From: an uncultured delta proteobacterium
GTDB taxonomy: Bacteria > Desulfobacterota > Desulfobacteria > Desulfobacterales > SG8-13
Assembly (NCBI GenBank): GCA_963848135.1
Contig: CAWKCK010000003.1
Coordinates: forward strand, 62,001 to 126,000
Direction of reading: 5' to 3'
DNA length: 64,000 nt
Part shown: piece after piece, positions 10,095 through 20,273 of the stretch
How positions within the stretch are numbered: position 1 is the first letter of the stretch
Layout of the letters: each line of letters starts with the position of its first letter
Made by a program: the position numbers and the translations under genes
Notes under the pieces: generated by a model
What the model was told of the DNA's origin: nothing
The model's database searches: none
The model's input: the letters and a program-made list of their open reading frames with translations, nothing else

Positions 10095-10763
10095 TCAATG
10101 CACTTCTCGGAAGATCAGTCGTTTTTCAGACCAACTTGAGAAACCTTTGAGCATATAATAAATGATCAGATAAAAAGCCGCTGTGGTCAGAAACCCTTCT
10201 GCAGGCATAAATCGATCAGATGTCAACAACTGACCTGCCCGTGTCAACTCTACGATCGAAATCAATGAAAGGAGCGAGGAATCCTTGACTAGAACAATAG
10301 CCTGTCCCAGCATCGGTCGGATGGTCATACCGAGCGCCTGTGGTAGAATGATAAAACGCATGCGTTGGAAATAACTCAGGCCGGAAGAAATTCCGGCCTC
10401 GATCTGTCCGAATGGAATGGCCTGTATGCCCGCTCTGATTATCTCGGCATAATAGGCGCCACTGTTCAAGGTAAGGGCTATAATACCTGTAACCCATTCA
10501 GGAAGCATAAGGCCAAGAGACGGGAGACCGAAATAGAAAAAATAGAGTTGCGCCAGCAACGGTGTAGAACGGATACTTTCAATGTAAATACCGGCAATGC
10601 GGGAGATGGTCCGTGATTGACTGAGTCGCATGGCGCAGGCTATGGTCCCCACCAGAATAGCTCCGAGCAATGACGCTGCAGACAGCCAAATGGTAGCCAG
10701 GAAGCATTGCAGGTAGAGCGGCATGTATTCCAAGATGACCCTAAAATTGAAGTCTTCTAGCAT
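10095..10763 (-). CDS. polar amino acid ABC transporter permease
   Basis: IRSTPLLAQL, AEIIRAGIQAI..GQIEA, KDSSL. Confidence 0.95.
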   Translation of the reverse strand: MLEDFNFRVILEYMPLYLQCFLATIWLSAASLLGAILVGTIACAMRLSQSRTISRIAGIYIESIRSTPLLAQLYFFYFGLPSLGLMLPEWVTGIIALTLNSGAYYAEIIRAGIQAIPFGQIEAGISSGLSYFQRMRFIILPQALGMTIRPMLGQAIVLVKDSSLLSLISIVELTRAGQLLTSDRFMPAEGFLTTAAFYLIIYYMLKGFSSWSEKRLIFREVH

Positions 10764-10806
10764 ATCCTTTATCCGTATGTTTTATATGATGGACTCGATT
10801 CAAACG

Positions 10807-10835
10807 GTTGTGAGCCGGTTGGACCGGCTCACAAC
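10807..10835. terminator. perfect 13-bp hairpin between the binding-protein and permease genes
   Basis: GTTGTGAGCCGGT-tgg-ACCGGCTCACAAC; typical position for an mRNA-stabilising or attenuating stem. Confidence 0.6.
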
Positions 10836-10872
10836 ATAAAACAGTCATCATCCCGATAGGTCCTAAAATCAA

Positions 10873-11670
10873 CTAATGATCTTTCTTCCAATCCAGAGTA
10901 TTGACCCAGTAGTTCAGGTTATCATCAAGACGTCCATCCAAGCTGGTGTGCAGGAAGAATAGGTTGAGCCAACTGAGCAGATCCGGTGAATCATAGCGCA
11001 CAGCAAAGGCTAACGGCGATTTTGACAACTGCCCTTCTAAAATTCGAACGCTATTGGGGGGGAAACTCGCCGACTGGCCAACCACGGCCGATCCGTCATT
11101 CACACCGGCATCCGTATGTCCTGCCATCACCGCATTGATTAGAAGCGGTCCGCCGCCTTTGTAGGTCTTCAATTCCGCATCCGGGAATGCCGTTTTTGCG
11201 TCGTTTTCACCGGTTGATCCCAATAGTACGGCCAACTTGGTCCCCTTTTTCTTAACGTCTTCGAGGGTTTTGATAGGGCTGTCCTGCTTTACAAATACAA
11301 CGCTTCCGGTATACATATAGGGTTCGGCGAAAGCGATTTTCATGGCCCTTTTTAAAGTCGGCGTCATATCGGCCGCAAGCATATCGGCCTTTTTTGAGAG
11401 CAGGGCAGGAATGAGACCGTCCCAGTCGTAATTAAGAAACTTGACTTTCACTCCCATTTCCTTGGCAATCATTTCACATAGGTCTATGGAACTGCCGGTC
11501 CTCTCGCCATTTCTACCCACAAAACTGAAAGGTGCGCCCTGGGTCTGAACGGCGATACGGATTTCTCCTCTTTTTGCAATTTCGTCTAATGTTCCCGCTG
11601 AGGCGATTGCCAAAAAACCGAAAAAAATTGCCAATGAAACAAGAACCGTGAATACTTTAACCTTTTTCAT
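10873..11670 (-). CDS. amino acid ABC transporter substrate-binding protein (SBP_bac_3)
   Basis: Signal peptide; GTLDEIAKRGEIRIAV, WDGLIPALLSKKAD, LGSTGE. Confidence 0.95.
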   Translation of the reverse strand: MKKVKVFTVLVSLAIFFGFLAIASAGTLDEIAKRGEIRIAVQTQGAPFSFVGRNGERTGSSIDLCEMIAKEMGVKVKFLNYDWDGLIPALLSKKADMLAADMTPTLKRAMKIAFAEPYMYTGSVVFVKQDSPIKTLEDVKKKGTKLAVLLGSTGENDAKTAFPDAELKTYKGGGPLLINAVMAGHTDAGVNDGSAVVGQSASFPPNSVRILEGQLSKSPLAFAVRYDSPDLLSWLNLFFLHTSLDGRLDDNLNYWVNTLDWKKDH

Positions 11671-11774
11671 TTTTTCCCTCCATTTTCCTTGTTGTTATTA
11701 GTGCTCAACCGCTATTAGTTAATCTTCTTTTAAAACCAAATCACCACCCTTCTTGATTGGATTCATGCTTCTTT

Positions 11775-12578
11775 TCAAGGTATCTTACAAAGACGAAAAC
11801 CAATATGCCGGAACTTGTAGTGTGGTGGACTCCCGAAACGACTGGCGCTACGACAATCGCGCGCCGGGCTGTACCAGACGCCGCCTCTCATAACTCGATA
11901 GGATCCTGATGGTGGTCCTTTCGGATTGGTCACTTCATCGTAGGGATAGACGCCAAACCAGTCTTGGCACCACTCTTGGACATTCCCGGCCATATCATGG
12001 AGCCCCCAGGCATTGGGCATTTTCTGAGCCACGGGTTGAATATTATTTTTTGAATTCCAGCAATACCAGCCTATGGCATCGAGGTTAGGATCGCGATCAC
12101 ATTCGAGTTCAGTGATGTTGCCGTTAGGAAAGGCGGACGTGTTCCCTGCTCGGCAGGCATATTCCCACTCGGCTTCCGTCGGAAGCCGGTACTTGTCCGT
12201 CCCTTCTTTCTGGTTGAGTTTTTGAATGAATTTCTGAACATCATCCCACGAAACCTGTTCCACAGGACACTTGGCTCCACATCCTTTTTGGCTGGAGGGA
12301 TTTTTTTTCATTAACGACATCCATTGCTCCTGTGTTACCTCGGTGGTTTGCATGTAGAAAGGGTCTGTCAAATTTACCGTGTGAGGATTCTCACCCGCAT
12401 ACCGGCCTGGTTCATCTTCAGGGCTCCCCATCATAAATTTTCCGGGCTGGATCAGGACAAATTCCATTCCTACGCTGTTTTTGATCCTTTCATTGGGCTC
12501 TTCAGCATAGCCATTAAAAGCAAGGCTGAGCATAACCGCGATGAATTGAATTGGGACAATTAATTTTCTCATCGCCAT
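11775..12578 (-). CDS. formylglycine-generating enzyme (FGE/SUMF1)-domain exported protein
   Basis: FMMGS, TTEVTQEQW, PVEQVSWDD, RLPTEAEWEYACRAG, NAWGLHDMAGNVQEWC, RGG, GFRL; signal peptide. Confidence 0.92.
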   Translation of the reverse strand: MAMRKLIVPIQFIAVMLSLAFNGYAEEPNERIKNSVGMEFVLIQPGKFMMGSPEDEPGRYAGENPHTVNLTDPFYMQTTEVTQEQWMSLMKKNPSSQKGCGAKCPVEQVSWDDVQKFIQKLNQKEGTDKYRLPTEAEWEYACRAGNTSAFPNGNITELECDRDPNLDAIGWYCWNSKNNIQPVAQKMPNAWGLHDMAGNVQEWCQDWFGVYPYDEVTNPKGPPSGSYRVMRGGVWYSPARDCRSASRFGSPPHYKFRHIGFRLCKIP

Positions 12579-12657
12579 ATCCCCTTGGTATTGTTTATTA
12601 ATGGCCAATTCACATTTCAACGATATTCACCTGAAAAGTAACTTCACGATTTCTCGC

Positions 12658-13134
12658 TTATATTTCCCCCAGACCTTCAGGCAGGCGTAACCAGTTTTGT
12701 CTGGATTTCATAATGATAAATGTTTCACTTCTGACAACATTGCCGATTTTTAGAATCGTTTCAGTGGTAAATTGATATAGTTCGTCCTTACCTCCCACAC
12801 AAACAACCTCTGCAATCATATCGTAACGTCCAGCAACCACCCCTGCCCATGCTACATTTGGAAACCGGGATATTTTGTCCAAGATGTTATCCATCTGTCC
12901 TTTTGACTGTATGCTCATGGCGACCAAAGCAGTTATCATGTCTTGGTGTCGGCTGGGATCAACCAGGCCTGATATTTTGAATAAACCTTTTTCCTCGAGT
13001 ATTTTTATCCTGCTTCGAATGGTCGGCGCTGTAACATTGAGCTTTTTTGCTAGCTCTCCAATCGACATGCGCCCATCCTCTGTTAGCAGACGAATGATCT
13101 GGTTATCCAATGCGTCAAGAACTGTTTTATCCAA
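12658..13134 (-). CDS. Lrp/AsnC family transcriptional regulator
   Basis: LDALDNQIIRLLTEDGRMS..ELAKKLNVT..TIRSRI HTH; VAGRYD; TTG start after GAGAGGGGGG. Confidence 0.92.
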   Translation of the reverse strand: MDKTVLDALDNQIIRLLTEDGRMSIGELAKKLNVTAPTIRSRIKILEEKGLFKISGLVDPSRHQDMITALVAMSIQSKGQMDNILDKISRFPNVAWAGVVAGRYDMIAEVVCVGGKDELYQFTTETILKIGNVVRSETFIIMKSRQNWLRLPEGLGEI

Positions 13135-13675
13135 AAAAATCCCCCCCTCTCTAAAATTTCTTAATGGAAAATTAATATTTTTATAAATATTTAAAAACAA
13201 AATATCAAGCAAAAAAATTATTTTATAAGAAAAAAAATACACGTAATTTTTGGGTTTTCTGATTGCGGCCGAAACGATAACGATGGTCCGATAGCATGGC
13301 GTTTACAGGTCCGGATCAATGTTGTTACGTACTCAACCGCCATGACCCCAAAGGGGACATGGCGGTTGGGTACATCTGTCTTTCTTTCCCTTGATAGACA
13401 GGAAATGGCGGTCAGTACTGGTTATGGATTATGCATCAAAGCCAATTTCAATGCTTCGGACTATTGGTCAAACGCTGCCCGTACGTGCCGAAAAAAGATC
13501 GAAGAATCTATCTTGACAAGGCAGATATTGACGCAATACGGGGGCTTTTGGCAACGTAAATCTGTTGATCAAAAGGCCAGGGTGGTTGAGCCTAAAGAGG
13601 AGGAAAAGGTGGCCAACGGAGAAGGGGTCCCTTAAATTATGTAACCACCCTATAATATTATTAAAAAGTGGTTCC

Positions 13676-14817
13676 TCAACTCAATATCTCTTCGGATTCT
13701 TCCACCCTTATCCCTCTTTGGGCCAAGCGGTCCAGAAACAGACGGCTGGGAACATGCATGGCAGGCGAAAGAATCCCGGTTGCGGTAATTTCAGCGGCAG
13801 CGATTATCTGGGCAACGATGCTGGTCGGAAAGCCGATCCCCTTGCTCATAGCCATCACGCCGGTCTCCAGATCCCGCTCGATCAATATCCGGATTGTCCG
13901 TCGGATCCTTTTGCCGCCAGCCAGTCCTTCGAAAACGTTGACCATGACCGCAAGGTCTTTTTCGTTGTCTTCGTATTGGAGCTTAGGCCCCAGGTGGGCC
14001 GTCAAAAACTGAAACGGGGAGACCTTGCAGGAAAGTCCCGACACCGGTGCATCACTTAAAAAATCCAATTGTTTCAACTGATTCCAGAAAGCGCTCCATC
14101 CGAGCCATCTCAGAGAGTACCGACCTGTTTCCCGGATCGTTTCGGTGACAGCGAGCAAATCGATGAAGTGGATGGCATCTCCGTTCGGAATGGCCTCCAA
14201 CCGATCTCATGAATCTGCTCGGGGTCGTGCTGACGATCCGCGGGAATCTCGAACAACCGGCCGTCTCTGATGGCGCGTGCGTCGCGGCGGGTCGATTCAA
14301 GCACACTGGCCCAGTTCCAGGATATCTTGTAATTCAACGGATTATTGCAGGCGGACGCTTCCGGCAAACCGCCGAAATAAGAGTTGATGACATGAATCTC
14401 ATCGAAGCCCTGCAGGGCGTGTTGGTATAAAATCAGTCGATGCCCGGATCGAGACCGCACTCGGTCATGAGGGCAACACCTGCGGATTTAGCGGCTTGGT
14501 CGAGGTCCCGAAGGCTGTGGCTGTAATTGGTGCTGACCAGAGGCACCCCGGCCTCGATCGCAGCTTCGAAGGCGGAGCGCATCAGCGTCAGTGGCAGCAG
14601 GTCAATCACCACGTCCACATCTTGTTTGAAAAGGGACATCATGCTTGGCTTGTCGACGGCACCGATTCGAACCGGATCGATTCTGCCGGTGTCCATGATA
14701 GGCGTGATCGTCTCCCAGGCATCCAGGTTCGCATCGGCATAAATTACGGATGTAACCGCCGCACTGCCGACGAGATCGGCCAATGCGGCTTTACCCTGGA
14801 GCCCCGGCGATCTTCAT
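13676..14817 (-). pseudogene. saccharopine dehydrogenase / lysine 6-dehydrogenase family, disrupted
   Basis: Pieces in different frames: MKIA/GLQGKAALADL..ECGLDPGID, ..SYFGGLPE..NPLNYKISWN.., LEAIPNGDA..GRYSLRW..GILSP; multi-base deletions appear at two junctions. Confidence 0.85.
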
Positions 14818-15064
14818 ACCGCGGTCCCATCTGGTTCAATTTAAGATGAATAACGGATACGTGTTGCGAGGATAACCAAATGGCCAATGCGCCCACCTGT
14901 AATTGTTAACGGGACTAGAAGTCAACAAGGTTTCACTGATTCGAAATAATTTGAGTAGTGAAGAGGATCTGAAGGATAGCAGTTTCTCAAATACAAAGAT
15001 TATGAAAACGTTAGGTTATACGATTGTTTTTCTTCATACACGCCATGCCTGGCGCACTAAAAAT

Positions 15065-15090
15065 GGCAGAGCCTCGTTAGAGGCCCTGCC
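15065..15090. terminator. probable intrinsic terminator hairpin
   Basis: GGCAGAGCCTC-gtta-GAGGCCCTGCC flanked by A- and T-rich tracts. Confidence 0.5.
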
Positions 15091-15219
15091 GTATTATTTT
15101 CTCCGCATAGCGGTTGATTGTATATTTTAACTGATCTTAAGAGCTCTGCCTTTAACTGTAAATTATATGGCACAAGAGTCGTGAAATAATGCGCCGTTTA
15201 AGGCGCACCATTGGTTTTA

Positions 15220-15354
15220 TCATCCCTGAACATCGATACCCAGGTCGCAGCCGAGATGTTTGTCTGGATTTTCACATTCAAAGTTTCTCTCGCGGGTATC
15301 AACATGACCTTCATTATCATCTTCGAAGTAATCTTGGGTTTTATTTTCAGCCAT
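15220..15354 (-). CDS. small acidic protein (44 aa), unknown function
   Basis: Strong RBS GGAGGTG before ATG; MAENKTQDYFEDDNEGHVDTRERNFECENPDKHLGCDLGIDVQG; hairpin at 15190-15207 right after the stop. Confidence 0.6.
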   Translation of the reverse strand: MAENKTQDYFEDDNEGHVDTRERNFECENPDKHLGCDLGIDVQG

Positions 15355-15920
15355 TGTGTCACCTCCGGTTCGTTTTAGATTATTGATCGATCTTTCTTGG
15401 AAACAAAATATGACACGATGACAGAAACGCAATAAGGATAGAATTTGGTCAAAACAACAGTCAAAACCTACCATTTTATGAGAGCTGAATGGGGTATGAT
15501 CGTAGTACTGTATGTTTCGAAGGAATATCCAAAACTTTAGGAGGTTAACAAGATATCGTATGGCGGCACGTAGTCCAAAGTTGGGGGAGTTGCCACAATA
15601 TTTTAGATACGAGTATGATTTATTAAACAGAGACAATAATTGATAGAGAATGTCGCAGAAAATTGAGACTGTAGTAGCTGGCAAGGCTATTGGGCTCAGA
15701 CGAGTAAGAATTGATTTATTGAGTTGTGGTTGGCAAATCAAATATATATTCGGCTGGAATGTCAGATTTAGGCACGATATCTACAATTCAGTCGTTTGCT
15801 AAAAAATACAGATTTGTATATGAAATCGATGGTGCATTTCCAACAAAAATCCTGATACTCAAATTTTCAGTGTTGATTCCCCTAATTTTGTCAATGGTTT
15901 TAAAAAAGGAACACATTCGG

Positions 15921-18900
15921 ATGGTCGGCAACGGACGTGGACAATGTTTACCTGGAAACCTTCGACAAACTGATGGTTATATGCCGATACCATTTCTGAA
16001 GAGCCTTTTATGTGCAACGATTTGGTTCTTGCTCCTCGTCTGCACGATTCCAACGTCGGTAGCGGAGTCTGCGTCGGGATCTGCTATCACGATGACCACA
16101 GATGAACGGGCCTGGCTTGATGCACATCCGGATATCCGTCTGGCCTATCCGCCAGGTCATGAACCGACATTGATGAGAAATGACGACGGCAGACTCGTCG
16201 GTATTCTTGCAGACTACTGGAATTTACTTAACACCAGGATGGGTACCAATTTCAAGCTCGAACTCGTACCATGGCTTGAAGTGGATGATTTGATCAAACA
16301 GAATCGGATTGACGGTTTGGCTATCGCAACACCCAAAAGAATTGAAGCCTCGGGATTAATTACCACGAAGCTTGTTTTTCAGTCATATGCGGTTGTTTAT
16401 GGCCATGTATCGAAGGAGTCGTTTCGCTTTCCCGAGGACCTGACTGGTAAACGACTTGCCATATTGAAGGGCTACAATCACACAACCGCGGCAATTGCCC
16501 CGGTTCGTGATACGGCCTCGTTTATCGAGGTCATGTCGCCCCGGGATGGCCTTCGGGCAGTTCATCAGCGAAAAGCCGATTATTTTATCGGATCAGCCAG
16601 CAACAATTATTTGATATCGAAATATCAGTTTTTCGGACTCGGCCCCTCATACGTTTTGTGGGACAAGCCTTACACGACACGGACAAGCGTACGGTCTGAT
16701 TTGCCCGAACTCGCCGCGATTCTCAACAGGGGGGCTGGTCTAATCACAGATAGAGAATTCAAATCCATCATCGCAAAATGGAGCAACCTTCCGGCAAGCA
16801 AAGATACGATTAAATTTACTTCTGAAGAACGGGACTGGTTGAAGGCCAACCCACTTATTAACGTTGGAGTTTTTTCAGTTCCTCCTTACATGTTTAAGGA
16901 AAATGGAAAGATTCAAGGCTACCTGATCGATATAATGGAAATCCTTGTCCGTCAGGCTGGGCTCACGGCAGAATTTTCCATGCAGCCTCTGGCTGAAACG
17001 TTGACCAAGGTCAATAGTGGACAGTACCATGCAATTCCTGGCATGATTCATAGTGCAGAACGTGCCGGGTTTTTGTTTTTCTCGGAAAATGTCATGAACT
17101 TGCAAATGTCCGTTTTTGCCCGATCCTCACGTTTGGACATACATGATGTGGCTTCCCTTGAAAGCAAGGTCATCGCCTCCTATAACGGCTACGGTTTTGA
17201 GCCTGTAATAAAAAAATATCTGCCCGATGCGAAAATCATCAGAGCCGAAGATGCTGAGGGAATGCTCCGGCTGGTAGCCTCGGGTGAGGCAGACGCCGCC
17301 GTGCAGGAGTTATACTCAGGTGAATTCATTTTGCGTGATAGCTTCATCAATGGTGTCAACCGTAAGGGAAGTTTCGACCCGCCTGGATTTCCAGCCCTTA
17401 CGGGGTCTGAATTTGCAGTCAGCCGGAAATTTCCACTCCTTAATTCGATTCTTAATAAGTCCTACAATACGCTTCCTGAGAGTGAGAGGATTCGTGTTTG
17501 GCGAAAATGGTTTGCCAGTGATACTGAGCAAAAGAAAACGATTGAACTTACCCCAGGGGAACAGGCGTGGCTCGATCAGAACCACAAAGTCCGGGTGCGA
17601 GCGGCCGACTGGCCGCCCTACCTGATCGTAAAGGAGAATGAACCACCCCAGGGGATTGCCATCGAGTATCTCAAGCTGATCGAAGAACGGACCGGGCTCA
17701 CATTCGAATATGAGATGGCAAAACAATCGTTTGCCGAATTTCTCGAAAGCATAAAACAGCGCCAGGGACCCGATATGACATCGCTTATCGTTCAAACCCC
17801 TGGCCGAGAGCAGTACCTTTCCTTCACAACTCCTTATATTTCCTCGCCCTATGTCATCTTCGCCCGGGAACAGAAAGAGACATTACTTGATATAAGCGGT
17901 CTTTCCGGTAAGGCACTCGCCGTGCCCAAAGGCTTCATTATACAACAGTTTCTGGAGATGGATTATCCTGAGATCAGGCTTGTGCTGTTTGAAAATGATG
18001 AACAATCATTGGTCGCCTTGTCGTCCGGGAAGGTGGACGCCTATATCGGCAACCTGACCGTGGCCAGCCATCTCATCCAAAAACGTGGGTTATCTAATTT
18101 GCGGGTGGTCGCTCCCACCCCCTATGGTGACCAGGTTTTGTCCATGGGCAATCGCAACGACTGGCCGGAACTGACCTCGATCATCAACAAGACACTGGCA
18201 AGTATCACCGAAGAGGAAAAAACAGCCATTCGCAATAAATATGTCGCGCTGAGAGTCGAACAGGGAATCAACAGAGCTGCAGTGCTGAAATGGACTCTGC
18301 TTGTTGTCGGGGGGACATTCGGTATCCTCTTGTTTTTTACTTTCTGGAACCGGAGTCTGGCCAAGCGAGTCCGTCAGCGCACAGTTGAACTGGAAACTAC
18401 CACGGAATCCCTGAAAATCGAAATTGTAGAAAGAAACCAGGCAGAAACGGCTTTAAGGACCTCCAGGCGGTTTACCGACAACCTGATCGAGACTGCCAAC
18501 GTGATGATCGTCGGACTCGATGCGGCGGGCAAGATCAATTTGTTCAATCCAGCGGCGGAGAGAATTACTGGCTATTCCCTATCCGAACTCCATGGTAAAA
18601 ACTGGTTCGCGCTTCTGGTTCCCCGCAATCGATACCCGAACGTTTACGATGAATTTAACCGACTGATGCAAGGCGGATTGCCGCATGTTTTTGAGAATCC
18701 GATTGTGACCAAGGATGGACGGGAGCGGTTCATTTCCTGGAGTAGCAATGAGATCAAAGAAAACGACCAGATTGTTGGAACGCTTTCTTTCGGTATCGAC
18801 ATCACCGAGCGCAGGCAGGCAGAAGACAAACTGCAGCAATATCAGCAACAGCTTAAGGCGATGGCCTCCCAGTTGACCATCGCTGAGGAGAAGGAACGGC

Positions 18901-19526
18901 GAAAAGTTGCCGCCGACCTGCACGATCACGTGGGCCACTCGTTGGCTCTGGCCCGCATGCAACTGAACGGCATCCTGGAAAGCGATTCCGACCTGGAAAG
19001 GAACATCCTGGTCAAGGACGTCTCCAACATCATGCTACAGGCATTGCAGGAAACCCGTAGCCTGATATTCGAACTGAGCACTCTATCGATGGAAGACATC
19101 AACCTAAACGCAGCCATATCCGAATGGCTGGAGGAGCAGATCGAAAAACGCCAAGGCCTTAAAACCGAGTTCAGCGGCACCATCGCAAAAAAACACCAGA
19201 AAACACTGGATGAAACCGTGCGGATACTCCTGTTTCGCAGCGTGCGCGAACTGCTCACCAATGTCGTCAAACATGCCCGGGCGAACAAGGTCGCGGTTCA
19301 TTTAGGGGAACATGACAACGACATATCAATCACCATCGAAGATGACGGCATCGGCTTCGATCGTGATGCGTTCAAGTCAATAAGCGGACCAAAAGACGGC
19401 TACGGTCTGTTCAGCATCCAGGAGCGTATGACCAATATGGGAGGAACGTTCGACATCCAGTCCGAACCGGGAAAAGGATGCCGGGTGGTGTTGACGGTGC
19501 CGGTGGCGGAAGGGCGGAAAGACTGA
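15921..19526 (+). CDS. sensor histidine kinase: 3x periplasmic binding (PBPb) domains + TM + PAS + HisKA_3/HATPase
   Basis: Three repeats starting T.(D/E/G)E..WL; PAS FNPAAERITGYS; EEKERRKVAADLHDHVGHSL; ELLTNVVKHA, DDGIGFD, GYGLFSIQER. Start uncertain (15921 or 15981). Confidence 0.92.
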   Translation: MVGNGRGQCLPGNLRQTDGYMPIPFLKSLLCATIWFLLLVCTIPTSVAESASGSAITMTTDERAWLDAHPDIRLAYPPGHEPTLMRNDDGRLVGILADYWNLLNTRMGTNFKLELVPWLEVDDLIKQNRIDGLAIATPKRIEASGLITTKLVFQSYAVVYGHVSKESFRFPEDLTGKRLAILKGYNHTTAAIAPVRDTASFIEVMSPRDGLRAVHQRKADYFIGSASNNYLISKYQFFGLGPSYVLWDKPYTTRTSVRSDLPELAAILNRGAGLITDREFKSIIAKWSNLPASKDTIKFTSEERDWLKANPLINVGVFSVPPYMFKENGKIQGYLIDIMEILVRQAGLTAEFSMQPLAETLTKVNSGQYHAIPGMIHSAERAGFLFFSENVMNLQMSVFARSSRLDIHDVASLESKVIASYNGYGFEPVIKKYLPDAKIIRAEDAEGMLRLVASGEADAAVQELYSGEFILRDSFINGVNRKGSFDPPGFPALTGSEFAVSRKFPLLNSILNKSYNTLPESERIRVWRKWFASDTEQKKTIELTPGEQAWLDQNHKVRVRAADWPPYLIVKENEPPQGIAIEYLKLIEERTGLTFEYEMAKQSFAEFLESIKQRQGPDMTSLIVQTPGREQYLSFTTPYISSPYVIFAREQKETLLDISGLSGKALAVPKGFIIQQFLEMDYPEIRLVLFENDEQSLVALSSGKVDAYIGNLTVASHLIQKRGLSNLRVVAPTPYGDQVLSMGNRNDWPELTSIINKTLASITEEEKTAIRNKYVALRVEQGINRAAVLKWTLLVVGGTFGILLFFTFWNRSLAKRVRQRTVELETTTESLKIEIVERNQAETALRTSRRFTDNLIETANVMIVGLDAAGKINLFNPAAERITGYSLSELHGKNWFALLVPRNRYPNVYDEFNRLMQGGLPHVFENPIVTKDGRERFISWSSNEIKENDQIVGTLSFGIDITERRQAEDKLQQYQQQLKAMASQLTIAEEKERRKVAADLHDHVGHSLALARMQLNGILESDSDLERNILVKDVSNIMLQALQETRSLIFELSTLSMEDINLNAAISEWLEEQIEKRQGLKTEFSGTIAKKHQKTLDETVRILLFRSVRELLTNVVKHARANKVAVHLGEHDNDISITIEDDGIGFDRDAFKSISGPKDGYGLFSIQERMTNMGGTFDIQSEPGKGCRVVLTVPVAEGRKD

Positions 19527-19545
19527 ACGTCCAACCGAAACCGAT

Positions 19546-19706
19546 GATGGAGTTTTGGAGTGATGGAGTGATGGCGGTAGGAACGGATTGAACGTCCAAC
19601 GCTCAACGTCAAACTTACAAAGTCTAATGAACAACGAAATTGGAGCTATGATAAATAGAGTGGTGGAGTGTTGGAGTACTGGAGTAAAGGTGTAACGTAA
19701 TGGAGT
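19546..19706 (+). repeat. left arm: TGGAGTRN 8-mer repeats plus AACGTCC 7-mer repeats upstream of the four-helix-bundle gene
   Basis: GATGGAGTTTTGGAGTGATGGAGTGATGG; AACGTCCAACGCTCAACGTC; GAGTGGTGGAGTGTTGGAGTACTGGAGTAA. Confidence 0.85.
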
Positions 19707-19712
19707 TGTGTA

Positions 19713-20150
19713 ATGATTAGGAAGAATCGGAATCGTGGATACAAAAAATTGACAGTGTGGAATGATGCGATTCATTACTACGTTATAACATGTGAGGTAT
19801 TTCGTCCGTTCCCTTATGATTTGAAGCGCGTCGCTTCACAACAGATAGCCTCGGCTGATTCAGTTCACCGTAATATAGCCGAGGGTTACTGCCGGCGCTC
19901 AATCAAAGAGTACCTCAACTTTTTGAACATTGCCCTTGGTTCATTAGGGGAATCCGTATCGGGCCTTTTCGCTTTTGCAAAATCGAAACAGATATCCAAA
20001 GAACCATTCGAAAAACTGGATTCTCTGGCCTACAAACTCGAAAATGGGCTTTTAAGGCTTGTGGTGAGCCTGGAGAAAAAGCGTGATCGCGGAGGCTGGA
20101 TTGACAGCCTGGTCGTCAAAGAGAGCAATGCAGAGTATGGGAATGATTGA
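19713..20150 (+). CDS. four helix bundle protein (23S rRNA IVP / Avd-like family)
   Basis: GYKKLTVWNDA, SQQIASADSVHRNIAEGYCRRSIKEYLNFLNIALGSLGE. Confidence 0.9.
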   Translation: MIRKNRNRGYKKLTVWNDAIHYYVITCEVFRPFPYDLKRVASQQIASADSVHRNIAEGYCRRSIKEYLNFLNIALGSLGESVSGLFAFAKSKQISKEPFEKLDSLAYKLENGLLRLVVSLEKKRDRGGWIDSLVVKESNAEYGND

Positions 20151-20173
20151 AAACAAATGCGCGCCTGGATTTT

Positions 20174-20207
20174 TCCAATACTCCAGTACTCCATCACTCC
20201 AATACAC
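20174..20207 (+). repeat. right arm: ACTCCA 8-mer repeats, inverted relative to the left arm
   Basis: TACTCCAGTACTCCATCACTCCA is the reverse complement (1 mismatch in 23) of TGGAGTGTTGGAGTACTGGAGTA at ~19664-19686. Confidence 0.88.
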
Positions 20208-20273
20208 TAGTATGCTAATTTCTTTAACGCTTAAGCTTTCCGACGACGTACACAACCAACCAAGGAGCATCTT

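Noticed and set aside
14433..14435. Selenocysteine TGA in the saccharopine dehydrogenase-like gene
   Set aside because: Homology continues in another frame (GID/LILY), so this is a frameshift, not readthrough.
13342..15741. ORFs 13342..13635, 14903..15130 and the full 173-aa 15220..15741
   Set aside because: No convincing RBS or family motif; only the last 44 codons of the third look like a gene.
5339..20150. Diversity-generating retroelement (Avd-like gene plus FGE and DUF1566 proteins, both common DGR target folds)
   Set aside because: No reverse transcriptase and no template repeat matching either C-terminus was seen; the genes are far apart and in unrelated operons. A remote DGR elsewhere cannot be excluded.
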